Shown one piece after another: positions 29,201 through 39,129 of a stretch of 64,000 bases of DNA (position 1 is the first letter of the stretch; each line of letters opens with the position of its first letter). The translations under genes and the position numbers were made by a program. The stretch comes from a virus. The notes under the pieces were generated by a model. That model did no database searches. It had not been told where the DNA came from and was given only the letters and a program-made list of their open reading frames with translations. The DNA lies in the IMG/VR virus record IMGVR_UViG_3300035179_000003, positions 1-64,000 of that record. The stretch is one strand, 5' to 3'.

Positions 29201-31026
29201 CCATATTGCCCCATTCCATATATGACATTATTAATAAAAGAATTGTTTTCATTGGATCCGACATTAAGATATGTATTGGTATCTGCAATGCCCCATATTT
29301 TAATGTATCCTATTCCATGCATCGCGGATGATTTGATTTTAAAATTACAATCCGCAGATATATTAATATAATCATCATTGACATAATTCCATTTATTATT
29401 ATAAAAATAATATAATGAAATTCTTTTTTCATAATATGATGATTTTAGAAAAATACCATCTGGATATAACAAACCACCTCTTATAATTCTAAATTTATAT
29501 TCTTGGCCGTATTTATGATTTCTTAAAACTGTTTTAGTATTAAAAATAAGTGAAGTCAAGTTAAAAGTCATTTCAGCAACAATATTGGCGTCGTCACAGA
29601 TTGTCATTTTTACATATCCGCTTGATTGAGAAATTACTGAAAATTCAAAATCAAAATCACCCGAATATTCAACAGCAGCTGGCAATATAGATTCATAAGC
29701 TGCGCTAATATTACTTTTTCTATAAATGATATCATTGTCGCCATATTTTTTAATTAACCAATTATTAACTATGTCCGGTCCCCATATCACAGGATCGATA
29801 CCATCTGAGAAATCACTTTTTATAGCCGAATCAATATGGCCGTCATTTTTTGATACAATGCCATTTCCAGCATCAAATATAATATTATTTTGAATTTTAA
29901 CATTATGACAATTATTAAGAGTTGCACAACTCGAATTATCATCGACAGTCATTATTATGCCATCAATTACGGTATTATCAACAAAAATATTTATACTACC
30001 TTCATTGATAAAATTTGCATTTTCCGGATCAGCACAATGAATTTGTGGTATATTACATTCGTCGGTAAGATTTCTTGGAGTAAAAATTTTTATATAACAA
30101 TCAATATCAGTATCAAAATTTCTAATAAAGAAACCAAGTTGACTGCGCACCTCACCTTTATAAACAGTAACATTAAGGCGATATCTAACCGTTCGAAGAT
30201 TAAATCCAGTAATATCATTAATCGGACTTATGCCATTAAATAAATTATAAAGTGAATTATACGCATATTTAATACTAATAACATCAGTTGTCCCAAGATC
30301 GGAAACTGATTCTCCGAGATTTGTTTTGACAAGCCACTTTGAATCATTGATTTTTTTATAAATATAACACGCGCTACCTCTATAATATATTACACAACCA
30401 ATTCCAATAAAATCATTAGTTTGTGGAGCTGAAAAGGTAGCAATATCATTATTAATTCTTATTGTTACGTTTGATCCGGTTAATAAATTGCTCTCATCTG
30501 TTCCGACTGAAAAATATAAATCTTTAATTTGTACATCAGGTATTGAATCGGCGCCAACACTTAAAGCATCTATTTTTTCAGAATCTATATCGATATCGAC
30601 GTCAACCAGATCAAATCCACGATTAAGAGTATTATAATAATCTCTTTTAATGTGATAATCAAAAACATTTGATGTTGTATCGCTGGCATAAGTAAAATCT
30701 TCAAAGTTCAAGCTATCAATACATCCGGTAGGAACAACAAAGGTTCCTATTCGAAAATAAAAATCCTCTCCAGGAACCGAGTCCGGCGGAATTAAAATAT
30801 CACTAGGCTCCCCAGCGACATATACAACCTTGGTTGGCGTAATAAAAATGGCGTCGGCGCGATCATATGTTTCATCCGCTGCATCAACAGCCATTATCGA
30901 TTCACCATAATTAATCTCAATATTATTAAGACGCCCAATGCCAACTGATGAATTAATATTCATATAACCAGGCACGGGGCTTATTAATAAACCGGAAATT
31001 ATTCCATCTTGAATATATTCGCTCAA
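26227..31026 (-). CDS. Giant right-handed beta-helix (pectin-lyase-like) virion protein (1599 aa)
   Basis: Repeated I.NN.IY...GI and YNNT stacks; three (W/V)DIG(A/P).E closing motifs. Confidence 0.75.
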   Translation of the reverse strand: MSEYIQDGIISGLLISPVPGYMNINSSVGIGRLNNIEINYGESIMAVDAADETYDRADAIFITPTKVVYVAGEPSDILIPPDSVPGEDFYFRIGTFVVPTGCIDSLNFEDFTYASDTTSNVFDYHIKRDYYNTLNRGFDLVDVDIDIDSEKIDALSVGADSIPDVQIKDLYFSVGTDESNLLTGSNVTIRINNDIATFSAPQTNDFIGIGCVIYYRGSACYIYKKINDSKWLVKTNLGESVSDLGTTDVISIKYAYNSLYNLFNGISPINDITGFNLRTVRYRLNVTVYKGEVRSQLGFFIRNFDTDIDCYIKIFTPRNLTDECNIPQIHCADPENANFINEGSINIFVDNTVIDGIIMTVDDNSSCATLNNCHNVKIQNNIIFDAGNGIVSKNDGHIDSAIKSDFSDGIDPVIWGPDIVNNWLIKKYGDNDIIYRKSNISAAYESILPAAVEYSGDFDFEFSVISQSSGYVKMTICDDANIVAEMTFNLTSLIFNTKTVLRNHKYGQEYKFRIIRGGLLYPDGIFLKSSYYEKRISLYYFYNNKWNYVNDDYINISADCNFKIKSSAMHGIGYIKIWGIADTNTYLNVGSNENNSFINNVIYGMGQYGIICSGKDYVYNNTVDECDVIGFYNKPTDDLINNISTRCSFFNNENIQYCLSSDSSAGYRNKCMSFVPFEYVDYQSEYPLRNYRPKNDSISMRGTGFSLIEKFSIDATNWIRDRVWDIGALEYIPCLVNIGISSYNTDLKTKKSSSIVTYQVKTFEHYSLIIFSEDQVNNKLAVGCEVVDNNNPFPLSCILTRKLSLRHWIVCDMYGYSLTDRNHGVVSKIYIPNISLSNDIILRFSDLIVGKVRFGIVYFDDNILNSDLSLTNVNADVDHFVQIFAPKNEQTECNKSQKHNGMLGIGAAINSIILTGCECSEISGMQIMNGVTILNSGGVCVWYNIIKNIGLRIDFTKENYIINNLIYECSGYGINTGNMNDYSNNIYDERDWSSVFILNNTISRCRQALRFYKSDYKYTTTAYVRNNLFQYSELRNVACEYSNRKGNFYFRNNIISEDRQIKFLNRWEGNYYLDEYEDFYAVDNAADISRLFVDDIFGSLRELLKWDIGAFESLDITGFGDLNVGEIFFNVNAFNGTIPGTMILYLRKIGDDGNPEANFLTDVNPLVQFNTNEYYSGNPRYSLNEFLKHESQNGNLKLVDNLIIYAQGGETFAGTFTLYDRESRTVTIATFPREIKRGPSTLAYQGPLIDNDSNQSIVEFKNLKIFSTYDVSQDYLINDVHKLRFVNCIVQINNDAIIEEGVIETINSLLIYRNTSNVDTMQLSLKSDDPNTCINTKIISYYNDTLKFQTSPNNNDIIKNNLTYNFSDYPFVFVQTAIDSLESIDPEFKYVTLTERLFDVLYLMERSFLCKKSSPIYDAGDNSYVTEQFDIIGNPRIYISGIVDIGPYELLVNNMIIKSDDIETIFQDKFSVFDQNFKTRTKVYRDLEIIHRYEFCRESKVVIRLKEFRKDYSYLSDKPNKIIYQVTAYFDSGTRSIILFKTDKYIGGLLNSIFNDGRYEFYFDDIQNLLIIYINNTYDKGKSNIINNVKFGGSAVMMC

Positions 31027-31038
31027 AATTAAGCCATT

Positions 31039-34000
31039 CTATAAAAATTGTTCAACAACACAATTAATAAATTGACCAACACCATGAAAATTCTCAATAG
31101 AAGCCAATGATCCAATACAATTAATAATTTCATCATTAACATCATGGGAATTATAACTATAATTACCCGTATCCACACAGGTGTTATTATATGATTCACT
31201 TTCATCCAAATCAATTCCGGAAATGGTCTGGTGATATACTATATTACTGATTGCCGTATTTCCGGATTTTAAATCAATTCCAATATTTCCTCCAGCGATA
31301 ATATTACATTTAATCAAACAATTATCATATGTATTTCCAATAGATATAGCCGGAGACGTATTTGTAATTTTATTTAAAACAAATCCTTCAAGAATAATAT
31401 ACGAATTATCCAACTGAATCGTATCCTTATAATTAAAAACAACGCCACCATAATATCCATGATGGCGTTGTCTAACCATACATTCGGTAAAAACATTATA
31501 AGGAGTTGCTAATTTTAATTTATAAACACTATTAGTAATCCAATTAATTATATAAATAGAATCTTCAAATTCCGAATCATCTTTATAAAACCAAATTATG
31601 ACATTGGTCTCGTTTAATGCAAGATTTCTAAAACCAAGAAGCGTTTCAAGATCATTAACTCCGCTACCATTAATACTTGACGTTGAATTAAATACTCTTT
31701 TAATTTCAGTAATATCTTGTGGTGTTGTAACATCAGCAGGTAATTCACCCTCAGCCGTGAGAACAAGCCATATAAAATCAGTTCCCTTTTCGGACAGATA
31801 AACCGTAGTAGCATTAAATGTGACCTTATCACCAATTCCTATTTTTGAACTCATTGAGGATCCAATAAATGTCGCAATACCATTTTTAATAATAATTTGA
31901 AGAGAAGTATTATTTAGATTTGAATCATCATTACCTAATGAAAAATTTGCCATTTTACCATTTCTTAAAGGATTATAATTAAGAAAACCATTATTCCACC
32001 TGTCCAATCTGTCATAACCGGTTGCGTCATAATTAAAAGAAAAATTTGGATCGGCTTCAAGATTTATTGAATTTGTTTTTAACGATTCATAAAGAGTAAT
32101 ATCTATATCGATTTCGTAAGGAAAATAATTACTATATCCAATAAATTTATTTAATGTATCATCGTTTCCAATACAGCAATCGGCTGTTATATGCGGGGAC
32201 TTGGGACTTCTATTAATATATGCATCAGATATGCATTTATTAACTATATTGTTCTTTAAAGAACAGCGATTATAAAACCTATTAATCGGATGGGAATCAA
32301 TTACAATTCCTTGGTAACAATTAAAAATAGTATTATTATATATGTTCAAATAATTGTTTTTATTTCCGGAATTGCCTATAAGAAAATTGTCCGCTTCTGA
32401 TATTTTTTTATCAAAACCAGTTGGTTTGACGTCGCTTAAATATGACAATACGCCCCATGGCTCGCCATAAACTTTAGCAGTATCGATAAGTTGACTTAAT
32501 GTAATTGGATCCCCCTCATTACATATTATTTCAACCCTTTCCGGCAACCATCTGATTTCCGGATATAAAAGACCGCCAAAATAAGGCCAAAAACATACTT
32601 CATAATCTGAATTCTTATCAGTATGGTCAATAGTTTCTATAATTAAATCTTCGAATCGCGCGGTTGTCGATCTGCCGATGTTTTCTTTAAATTCAATCCC
32701 AATTCCATTACAATCATAAACAAAATTATTAATAACAGAATTACTGTCTTCTCCATTATTAGAATCAAACGTAATGCCATTCTTTTTGCAATCACGGATA
32801 ATATTATTTTTTATCAAAAACCCGACCTCTTCTCCATAAATACCGTATTGCCCCCCTCTTATCTGCAGACCATCTATTATAGTGTATGGACACATTATTC
32901 GAATTGATTTTTCACCGCCGTCTTCACCATAATGAATAAATAAATTTTCATCCCATTTTCCATTATGCCTTCTATTAGCAGGGGTTTGAATTGTTACAAA
33001 TCTTGTTATATCGGTATCAAAATCAATATCTATACATTTTGTGGATTTGCCCTCGGAACAGTTGATGATAATTTTGACGTCATCTGCTATCGGATTAATA
33101 ACAGAAAGATCATCTATAGCTGAAAATAAATCAGAATGAGAAAAATAAATATGATCTATCGTATACTCGGTAACCCCGTCTCCACTAATAGGATCACCTT
33201 CTGAATTAATTGCTTCCCAAATATCATTATCTATTTTTCTTTTTAAATAATATCTGTTTATTCCGATATAAACAACACAACCCGGACACAGGTATTCGCT
33301 CAATTGATCTTCTGAAAACGTTATTATACCTATTGAGGATATCGTACACGTTGCAGGGCCTTCTAATAAGTCAATGTCTAAAGAACCGATTGAATATATA
33401 ACTTCTTGTACTTCATGATATGCGCCAATACAATAAGTATTATCAAATAAATTACCGAAAATATCAATATTATTATATAATGAAACGGCAATTCCGGTTT
33501 TAACATAATCGAAAAATCCAAATAAAACCCGAAGATTATCAGTAGCCGTATTTAAAAATTCAACAACTACTTCAGATAAATTCCCTTGATCGCTTCCTGC
33601 CGTGCCATCACTTGTAATGCAATTAAAAACAGGAGAGAGCCCGATTGCATTATCGTTTAAACACGTTGAACCGCCCTTCATCAAATTATTTTTAATTTCA
33701 AGTTGTAAGGATTTATATTCGATAGACGTATCACAATTATTAAAAGTATTATTATATAAATGACATTGAATGGAAGTGGTTATCATACAATTGATACCAA
33801 TAGTATTTCCATTGAAATAATTATTGGATATATAAGCCTTTTCAATTGTTTCAATTGAAAATAATACCCCGTTATCCCATGCCCCTGTTATTATATTACA
33901 TGTCGCCGATCCTCCAAGCGCAACGTTGATTGCCGACCCGCCCGATCCTGTTTTTTTAAATATTAATCCCTGTATATGAACATTGGAAGTAATAAAAATC

Positions 34001-34767
34001 GTTCCTCCCATAATATAACCGGACGTCGAATCTCCTTGATGCCTTTGAACTTTATTACAATCGGTTTTTATATTTATTGGAGTATAAATAGTTATCGTAT
34101 TGTCTTTAGAAAGCGTCCAATCTGTAGATATTGCTATACTACCTGAATTATCATCCATTTCATAACAACATATTCTCAACGAACTGGATATTGAAATTAA
34201 ATTTTTAGTACCCAGCTTATTACCAACTCCGGAAAGCGCACTTACAATAGAATGAAAACTTTTATCAATTTTTACTACAGTTAAATTAACGCTATAACTA
34301 TCGGGAATACATCCACTGCCATCATGAACTAACCAAATAGAGCAAGTCAATTTATTATTAATAACGACGTCAAAATTTGAATTTCCATCATTTAAAGTAA
34401 CAACATCGCCAATCCCAAAATAGGGATGTGTCTGTGGTATATCGAATTTTAAAATACCATTTTTAATCATTGCCTTTGGCATTGTATTATTAATATCTTT
34501 TGTAATATACGAATCATCCGATTCCGCGGCAACGCCAATTGAAAATGTAATGATGTCATAAACCGGTTTGATTCCATGTGATGATAACCCCGAGCGGCCG
34601 GCTATATTTGAATATGAATGAGTAAATCCGGCGGCTACGTCTTCTATCGTAAACGGACCATACGTATACCACCATCCGTCGGTCATCGCCTCAAGATAAC
34701 CGCTGACGTTACCGTCGGTAAACCAACCCCCGGTCTGAGTTGTTAAATAATTTCCTGGAAGGATCAT
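31039..34767 (-). CDS. Giant right-handed beta-helix virion protein (1242 aa), paralogous modules to the neighbour
   Basis: IKNNII.DC..NGI and YNNT..NC..GI repeats; three copies of the TP...C...QRH.G module (one shortened). Confidence 0.75.
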   Translation of the reverse strand: MILPGNYLTTQTGGWFTDGNVSGYLEAMTDGWWYTYGPFTIEDVAAGFTHSYSNIAGRSGLSSHGIKPVYDIITFSIGVAAESDDSYITKDINNTMPKAMIKNGILKFDIPQTHPYFGIGDVVTLNDGNSNFDVVINNKLTCSIWLVHDGSGCIPDSYSVNLTVVKIDKSFHSIVSALSGVGNKLGTKNLISISSSLRICCYEMDDNSGSIAISTDWTLSKDNTITIYTPINIKTDCNKVQRHQGDSTSGYIMGGTIFITSNVHIQGLIFKKTGSGGSAINVALGGSATCNIITGAWDNGVLFSIETIEKAYISNNYFNGNTIGINCMITTSIQCHLYNNTFNNCDTSIEYKSLQLEIKNNLMKGGSTCLNDNAIGLSPVFNCITSDGTAGSDQGNLSEVVVEFLNTATDNLRVLFGFFDYVKTGIAVSLYNNIDIFGNLFDNTYCIGAYHEVQEVIYSIGSLDIDLLEGPATCTISSIGIITFSEDQLSEYLCPGCVVYIGINRYYLKRKIDNDIWEAINSEGDPISGDGVTEYTIDHIYFSHSDLFSAIDDLSVINPIADDVKIIINCSEGKSTKCIDIDFDTDITRFVTIQTPANRRHNGKWDENLFIHYGEDGGEKSIRIMCPYTIIDGLQIRGGQYGIYGEEVGFLIKNNIIRDCKKNGITFDSNNGEDSNSVINNFVYDCNGIGIEFKENIGRSTTARFEDLIIETIDHTDKNSDYEVCFWPYFGGLLYPEIRWLPERVEIICNEGDPITLSQLIDTAKVYGEPWGVLSYLSDVKPTGFDKKISEADNFLIGNSGNKNNYLNIYNNTIFNCYQGIVIDSHPINRFYNRCSLKNNIVNKCISDAYINRSPKSPHITADCCIGNDDTLNKFIGYSNYFPYEIDIDITLYESLKTNSINLEADPNFSFNYDATGYDRLDRWNNGFLNYNPLRNGKMANFSLGNDDSNLNNTSLQIIIKNGIATFIGSSMSSKIGIGDKVTFNATTVYLSEKGTDFIWLVLTAEGELPADVTTPQDITEIKRVFNSTSSINGSGVNDLETLLGFRNLALNETNVIIWFYKDDSEFEDSIYIINWITNSVYKLKLATPYNVFTECMVRQRHHGYYGGVVFNYKDTIQLDNSYIILEGFVLNKITNTSPAISIGNTYDNCLIKCNIIAGGNIGIDLKSGNTAISNIVYHQTISGIDLDESESYNNTCVDTGNYSYNSHDVNDEIINCIGSLASIENFHGVGQFINCVVEQFL

Positions 34768-35327
34768 GACTCTTCAACTACCATGTATCTGTGAACGGCG
34801 CCCCTATGGGTTACCCTGCTCGGATGGGTGGCATATACTTCCCCAACGCCGCCCTCAAAAGCCGAAGCAATATATAATGCATGATTAATATCGCCAATAT
34901 AACCGTCTTCATACCATATAAATGAAGCGGTTCCGTCTGATATTACAATTTCATATGGCAATGAAAATAACGTATTTTCAAGATCGTCATGGTAAACGGT
35001 AAATTCAAGAATTTTAAAATCACGCATACCAGCCGATGCAGGAATATATTCCGATACTTTACCAACAAATTTATGTTTATCAATTAAAATTCCAACATCG
35101 GTTAAGTCTACCGTCCAATGATCCACTTCGGAATGATACGTCATCACAATATTTGAAACGGAAGAATTCGAATTGGTCATTAAATCCCAGAGATTGATAT
35201 CAATCTGAACGGTTTCAATAGACAATTCCCTTCCAATCTCTTTTTGATCGGAATCCCTTATAACATTATATCCATCAAAGATCATGACCGTATCGTTGAA
35301 TGGGTTTATGATTTGAGCGTTTACCAT
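34764..35327 (-). CDS. Hypothetical structural protein
   Basis: ATGA overlap with the next gene; AAGGA RBS. Confidence 0.65.
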   Translation of the reverse strand: MVNAQIINPFNDTVMIFDGYNVIRDSDQKEIGRELSIETVQIDINLWDLMTNSNSSVSNIVMTYHSEVDHWTVDLTDVGILIDKHKFVGKVSEYIPASAGMRDFKILEFTVYHDDLENTLFSLPYEIVISDGTASFIWYEDGYIGDINHALYIASAFEGGVGEVYATHPSRVTHRGAVHRYMVVEES

Positions 35328-35341
35328 ATTAAAATTCCTTA

Positions 35342-36562
35342 TTATTTTATAATATAAGATATAGAAAACGATGGTAATATTAATAATTTAGTAGATGCCA
35401 ATATTATATTACTTAAATTAACCAACCAAATACCCACACCTTCACCATTTGCATATGGCGGAGATATAAGGCATGGTGTTATATTATTATCATTAATAAA
35501 ATTAAAACTTTTAAAAATTCCCGGCCATGTTACAATATTATTATCTATCAATATTTCTTCAATATCAATTGGTATCCAAATATTTAATGCAGTAATTGAA
35601 AAACCAGTTGAATTTGTAAATGATATATTATTGGACGCACCAGAACGATAGACATCTAAAGTTACCATTTTTCCACATTTAATAATATCTACTTTAATAT
35701 TAACATCTAAAGTATCAAGACTAGCTACGGCGTCTTTTCCAATCCATTCTTTATAATCTTCAAGAAAATTCTCAAATAAATCACCCGGGCCCTGTGCTCC
35801 AATATGTATTCCTTCAAATAATGGAGCGTCACCTGTTCCGATATTTTGATCCAAAGATTGTAAATAAGTCCAGTTATCCACCGTAATTTCAGAAGTGTCA
35901 ATATGCGTTAATTGTCCAGCCTCATTGGTCGTTAGGGTGCCGAGGGTTATCCATGGTTCTTTAATCATTTCATATTCCGTGAAATGATCAAGAAGAACAT
36001 ATACCCATGTAAATAAATCCCTTAAAGATTGGGATGCATCATTATCATCATTAGCAAACGCATCTCCAAGATAAGACGTTGTCCCATAAGCCGTATTCCA
36101 TTTTGTAATACCTAATAAGGCTGATGGTGATTCTAATTTAACGGTAGGATCAAGTTCCGATGATCCGCCAACAATAAACTTATCAAGCATGTAATTCTTT
36201 TTTGTATTAGTATTAAGTTCAACCCTTACCGCACCAGCCTTATCTTTAATTTTAAATTCAACGCCAACGCCCGCCCGCTGAGCAAATAGTGAAAAATCAG
36301 TACCAGGACCACCGCCGGATGCTTCATTGCGTAATCCCAGCCAATAAGCGGCATGGACATTATTTGCCTGGACGGATGCAATTCTATGATTCGATCCAAT
36401 GACAAAGTTTTCACCATCGATGCTTCCCGTTCCGGTAGACCCTGAATGGGGAACCCTTAAATAATCCGTATATAAACCGTCTATCCAGTTTATAGTTCCG
36501 CCAAAAATTTTATCACCGGATATTGACTTATCAAGCATATCTCTTCTAACTGTAGTAAGCAT
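35342..36562 (-). CDS. Putative tail fibre/appendage protein
   Basis: Gly-rich beta segments, LDQNIGTGDAP.F motif, C-terminal K.GKMVTL head-like domain. Confidence 0.55.
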   Translation of the reverse strand: MLTTVRRDMLDKSISGDKIFGGTINWIDGLYTDYLRVPHSGSTGTGSIDGENFVIGSNHRIASVQANNVHAAYWLGLRNEASGGGPGTDFSLFAQRAGVGVEFKIKDKAGAVRVELNTNTKKNYMLDKFIVGGSSELDPTVKLESPSALLGITKWNTAYGTTSYLGDAFANDDNDASQSLRDLFTWVYVLLDHFTEYEMIKEPWITLGTLTTNEAGQLTHIDTSEITVDNWTYLQSLDQNIGTGDAPLFEGIHIGAQGPGDLFENFLEDYKEWIGKDAVASLDTLDVNIKVDIIKCGKMVTLDVYRSGASNNISFTNSTGFSITALNIWIPIDIEEILIDNNIVTWPGIFKSFNFINDNNITPCLISPPYANGEGVGIWLVNLSNIILASTKLLILPSFSISYIIK

Positions 36563-36570
36563 AGGGCCTC

Positions 36571-36966
36571 TTATTTAATTGAAAAAAACAATTTGGTCAA
36601 TGTTACTATTGAACCTTGCGGCCAAATTAATCTATTGAATTTGATATCGCTATTTGATCCATAAGTTCCGACACTGCCTTCAACGGCATTTATTAATGCA
36701 TTATTTATAGCGCCGGTAATTTTAAAATGGTCTACGGTACCTGTATTTTCAACAGAACTTTTTAATGAATTAGAACTATTATATGAAAAAATATATTTTT
36801 CGAGATCAGCACCGGATCCCTGCGAAACGTTATCATATAATATTCTACACAAAACAGTATTATCCTGGGAATAAAAATAAATAAATTTTGGAACGTTTGA
36901 TGGGTCCAATAAGGAATCCGCCATTTTACCAAGCATTTGCATTTTTAATTCTAAATTGATATTCAT
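36571..36966 (-). CDS. Hypothetical structural protein
   Basis: TG.V..F.I....A..G.VG..GS.DI pattern; start moved from 37041 to ATG 36966 to remove the long overlap. Confidence 0.6.
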   Translation of the reverse strand: MNINLELKMQMLGKMADSLLDPSNVPKFIYFYSQDNTVLCRILYDNVSQGSGADLEKYIFSYNSSNSLKSSVENTGTVDHFKITGAINNALINAVEGSVGTYGSNSDIKFNRLIWPQGSIVTLTKLFFSIK

Positions 36967-36970
36967 ATCT

Positions 36971-39121
36971 TTAAATATAATACTTTGTTTGAGATTGTTC
37001 GCTCGGAAAATATTTTCCAAATTCGGCGCCCGGTATAGCACTAATCATTTCAAGAAGATCCGCGTCAAGATTTATTCCGCTTTGTCTTCTAAAATAATTA
37101 AACTCTTCCCATCCGCTGAATTTTTTCATTGAAACATTGCGGGCTATAATATCGAATTTTTCCAGTTTATCATCAGTGTCATAAATAGTATCGATTGGGG
37201 CGTCAAGATATGCTTTATAATAAACGCCGGATTCAAGCAATAGATAAAGAAATTTATGTGTCGGCCACAATAAATGAACATATCCTGCGTTTACATTTTC
37301 ATGAACAAATGGAATATAATCATTATATTGTGATCCGCAAATAATCAGAGTAGCAATTTCACTATCCTGAATCACATCTAATACATGATAAATACCATCT
37401 ATTTCCGATCCATAAACAAGGATTTCCGGATATCTGTTTTTTGCATGCATTATATCAATCATATGTTCCAGATATCCTATTTTATTACTATTAAAATAAC
37501 CCATACGTTGATCGCTGTATACGGAAATACTTTCTTGATAAAAACTAATAATCTTATTTTTATTTACCAGTTTTAAATATAATAAATCACCAATCGACAA
37601 TCCTGAAGAATCTTCCAACCTAATAATACCATTAAGACGATCGACTACTTCAAGAATTTTTACATGACCAATCGATTCATTCATCATTTCACAGCCCTCG
37701 GCCGCAAAAGGACTGAGTTTATTTATTATATCTAAAGTAATATTATTACCATCAATAACGGTTATTTTATAACCATATGATTCATACAATCCTATTACTT
37801 TACATTTTTCAGGAGAAATCGGAAGGCCATAATAAACGTTTAAAGCCTTTTCCATGTCATCAAGATTTTGATTAAATTTCATCAAACCATGAATTGCGGC
37901 TTTTCCGGATATATTATTATAATTATATTCTTTCCATCGATTAATATCGACCAACGCTCCATACATTTCATACATATAATCTTCAATAATAGGAGTCGTT
38001 TTACAATAGAACGTATCCTCTATTTCAATATCGTTAAATAATTCAAGCGTATTATTATAAAATATAAAATCCTGATCTTTAATAAGCGTTATGCCATCTT
38101 CCGATTTATCGATATAATTACTGATTTCAAGAATATCGACAACATTTTCATCTATTTTATAAACTTTTGCATTTGTTAAATAAAAATTAAATGGGTTGTT
38201 TTCGAGGTAAGCAAGGCTTCCATTGATTTTTATCATATATTTTAATTTATCATAAGTATAATATCCATTATCTTCCGTTCCATTGAACGAATTATACCCC
38301 TCATACCAATTCCATGTTTTTATTTCAGGCGGATAAAATCTTTCGTTTGCTTCTTCAAATTCAATAAATTCCGGAAGTTCACTGAAGATATAAGCATTAT
38401 TTGGATATGTATCGATAGCATAATTTAAAATAGGAACATTCGGTTGTGTGCTTTTACTATATAATTTTCCCCATTTACCGGTTTTTGAATTTGCCAGTGT
38501 AATAATATCATTAACGGTATCGCCAGGATCAACAATAATTTCAATACCGTCATCATGCCACGTTACTTCGGATATGGTCCCTTGTTGAATAAATATTTTA
38601 AAATCAGAAGCGTCCATTTGCGCTTTAATTCCGAATTTACCGATATCGTCTTGTGTAATTTTATTAATTGTCGAATTTATTTCTATAGAACAGGATGTTT
38701 CTTCCGGCTCTTCGGAGGACATAAGCAGATTTATTTTAAAATATTTATTACCTATGACAATATACTGGTTTTCCCCAATCGATCTGATACGATAATAATC
38801 TTCAGGGGTAATTTCTATAAAATCATAAAACAGCCCATTGATCGGTTCCAAAACGACGGTTCCAAGAGGTTTTATTATATTATTCGAATTAATATCAGTA
38901 GGATCGAGATCGGTTGGCTTTGAATATAATGGACCAATTTTTATATCATAATAATCCGTAATATCATGTTGATTAATTAAGGCAGTAACATTTACGAATC
39001 TCCCTACCTTAACGATAAGATCGGATGACATTTTACCAAGGCCATTCCAGAAATTTTCCCAAATGTCAACATCTTTATCGGATAGATAATTCCAGAAAGT
39101 AGATAAATAATTCCAGAACAC
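36971..39121 (-). CDS. Putative baseplate wedge protein
   Basis: Immediately downstream of the baseplate J-like gene; FW.YL..FW N-terminus; LNVYYGLP motif. Confidence 0.5.
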   Translation of the reverse strand: MFWNYLSTFWNYLSDKDVDIWENFWNGLGKMSSDLIVKVGRFVNVTALINQHDITDYYDIKIGPLYSKPTDLDPTDINSNNIIKPLGTVVLEPINGLFYDFIEITPEDYYRIRSIGENQYIVIGNKYFKINLLMSSEEPEETSCSIEINSTINKITQDDIGKFGIKAQMDASDFKIFIQQGTISEVTWHDDGIEIIVDPGDTVNDIITLANSKTGKWGKLYSKSTQPNVPILNYAIDTYPNNAYIFSELPEFIEFEEANERFYPPEIKTWNWYEGYNSFNGTEDNGYYTYDKLKYMIKINGSLAYLENNPFNFYLTNAKVYKIDENVVDILEISNYIDKSEDGITLIKDQDFIFYNNTLELFNDIEIEDTFYCKTTPIIEDYMYEMYGALVDINRWKEYNYNNISGKAAIHGLMKFNQNLDDMEKALNVYYGLPISPEKCKVIGLYESYGYKITVIDGNNITLDIINKLSPFAAEGCEMMNESIGHVKILEVVDRLNGIIRLEDSSGLSIGDLLYLKLVNKNKIISFYQESISVYSDQRMGYFNSNKIGYLEHMIDIMHAKNRYPEILVYGSEIDGIYHVLDVIQDSEIATLIICGSQYNDYIPFVHENVNAGYVHLLWPTHKFLYLLLESGVYYKAYLDAPIDTIYDTDDKLEKFDIIARNVSMKKFSGWEEFNYFRRQSGINLDADLLEMISAIPGAEFGKYFPSEQSQTKYYI

Positions 39122-39129
39122 GCGGCTCC

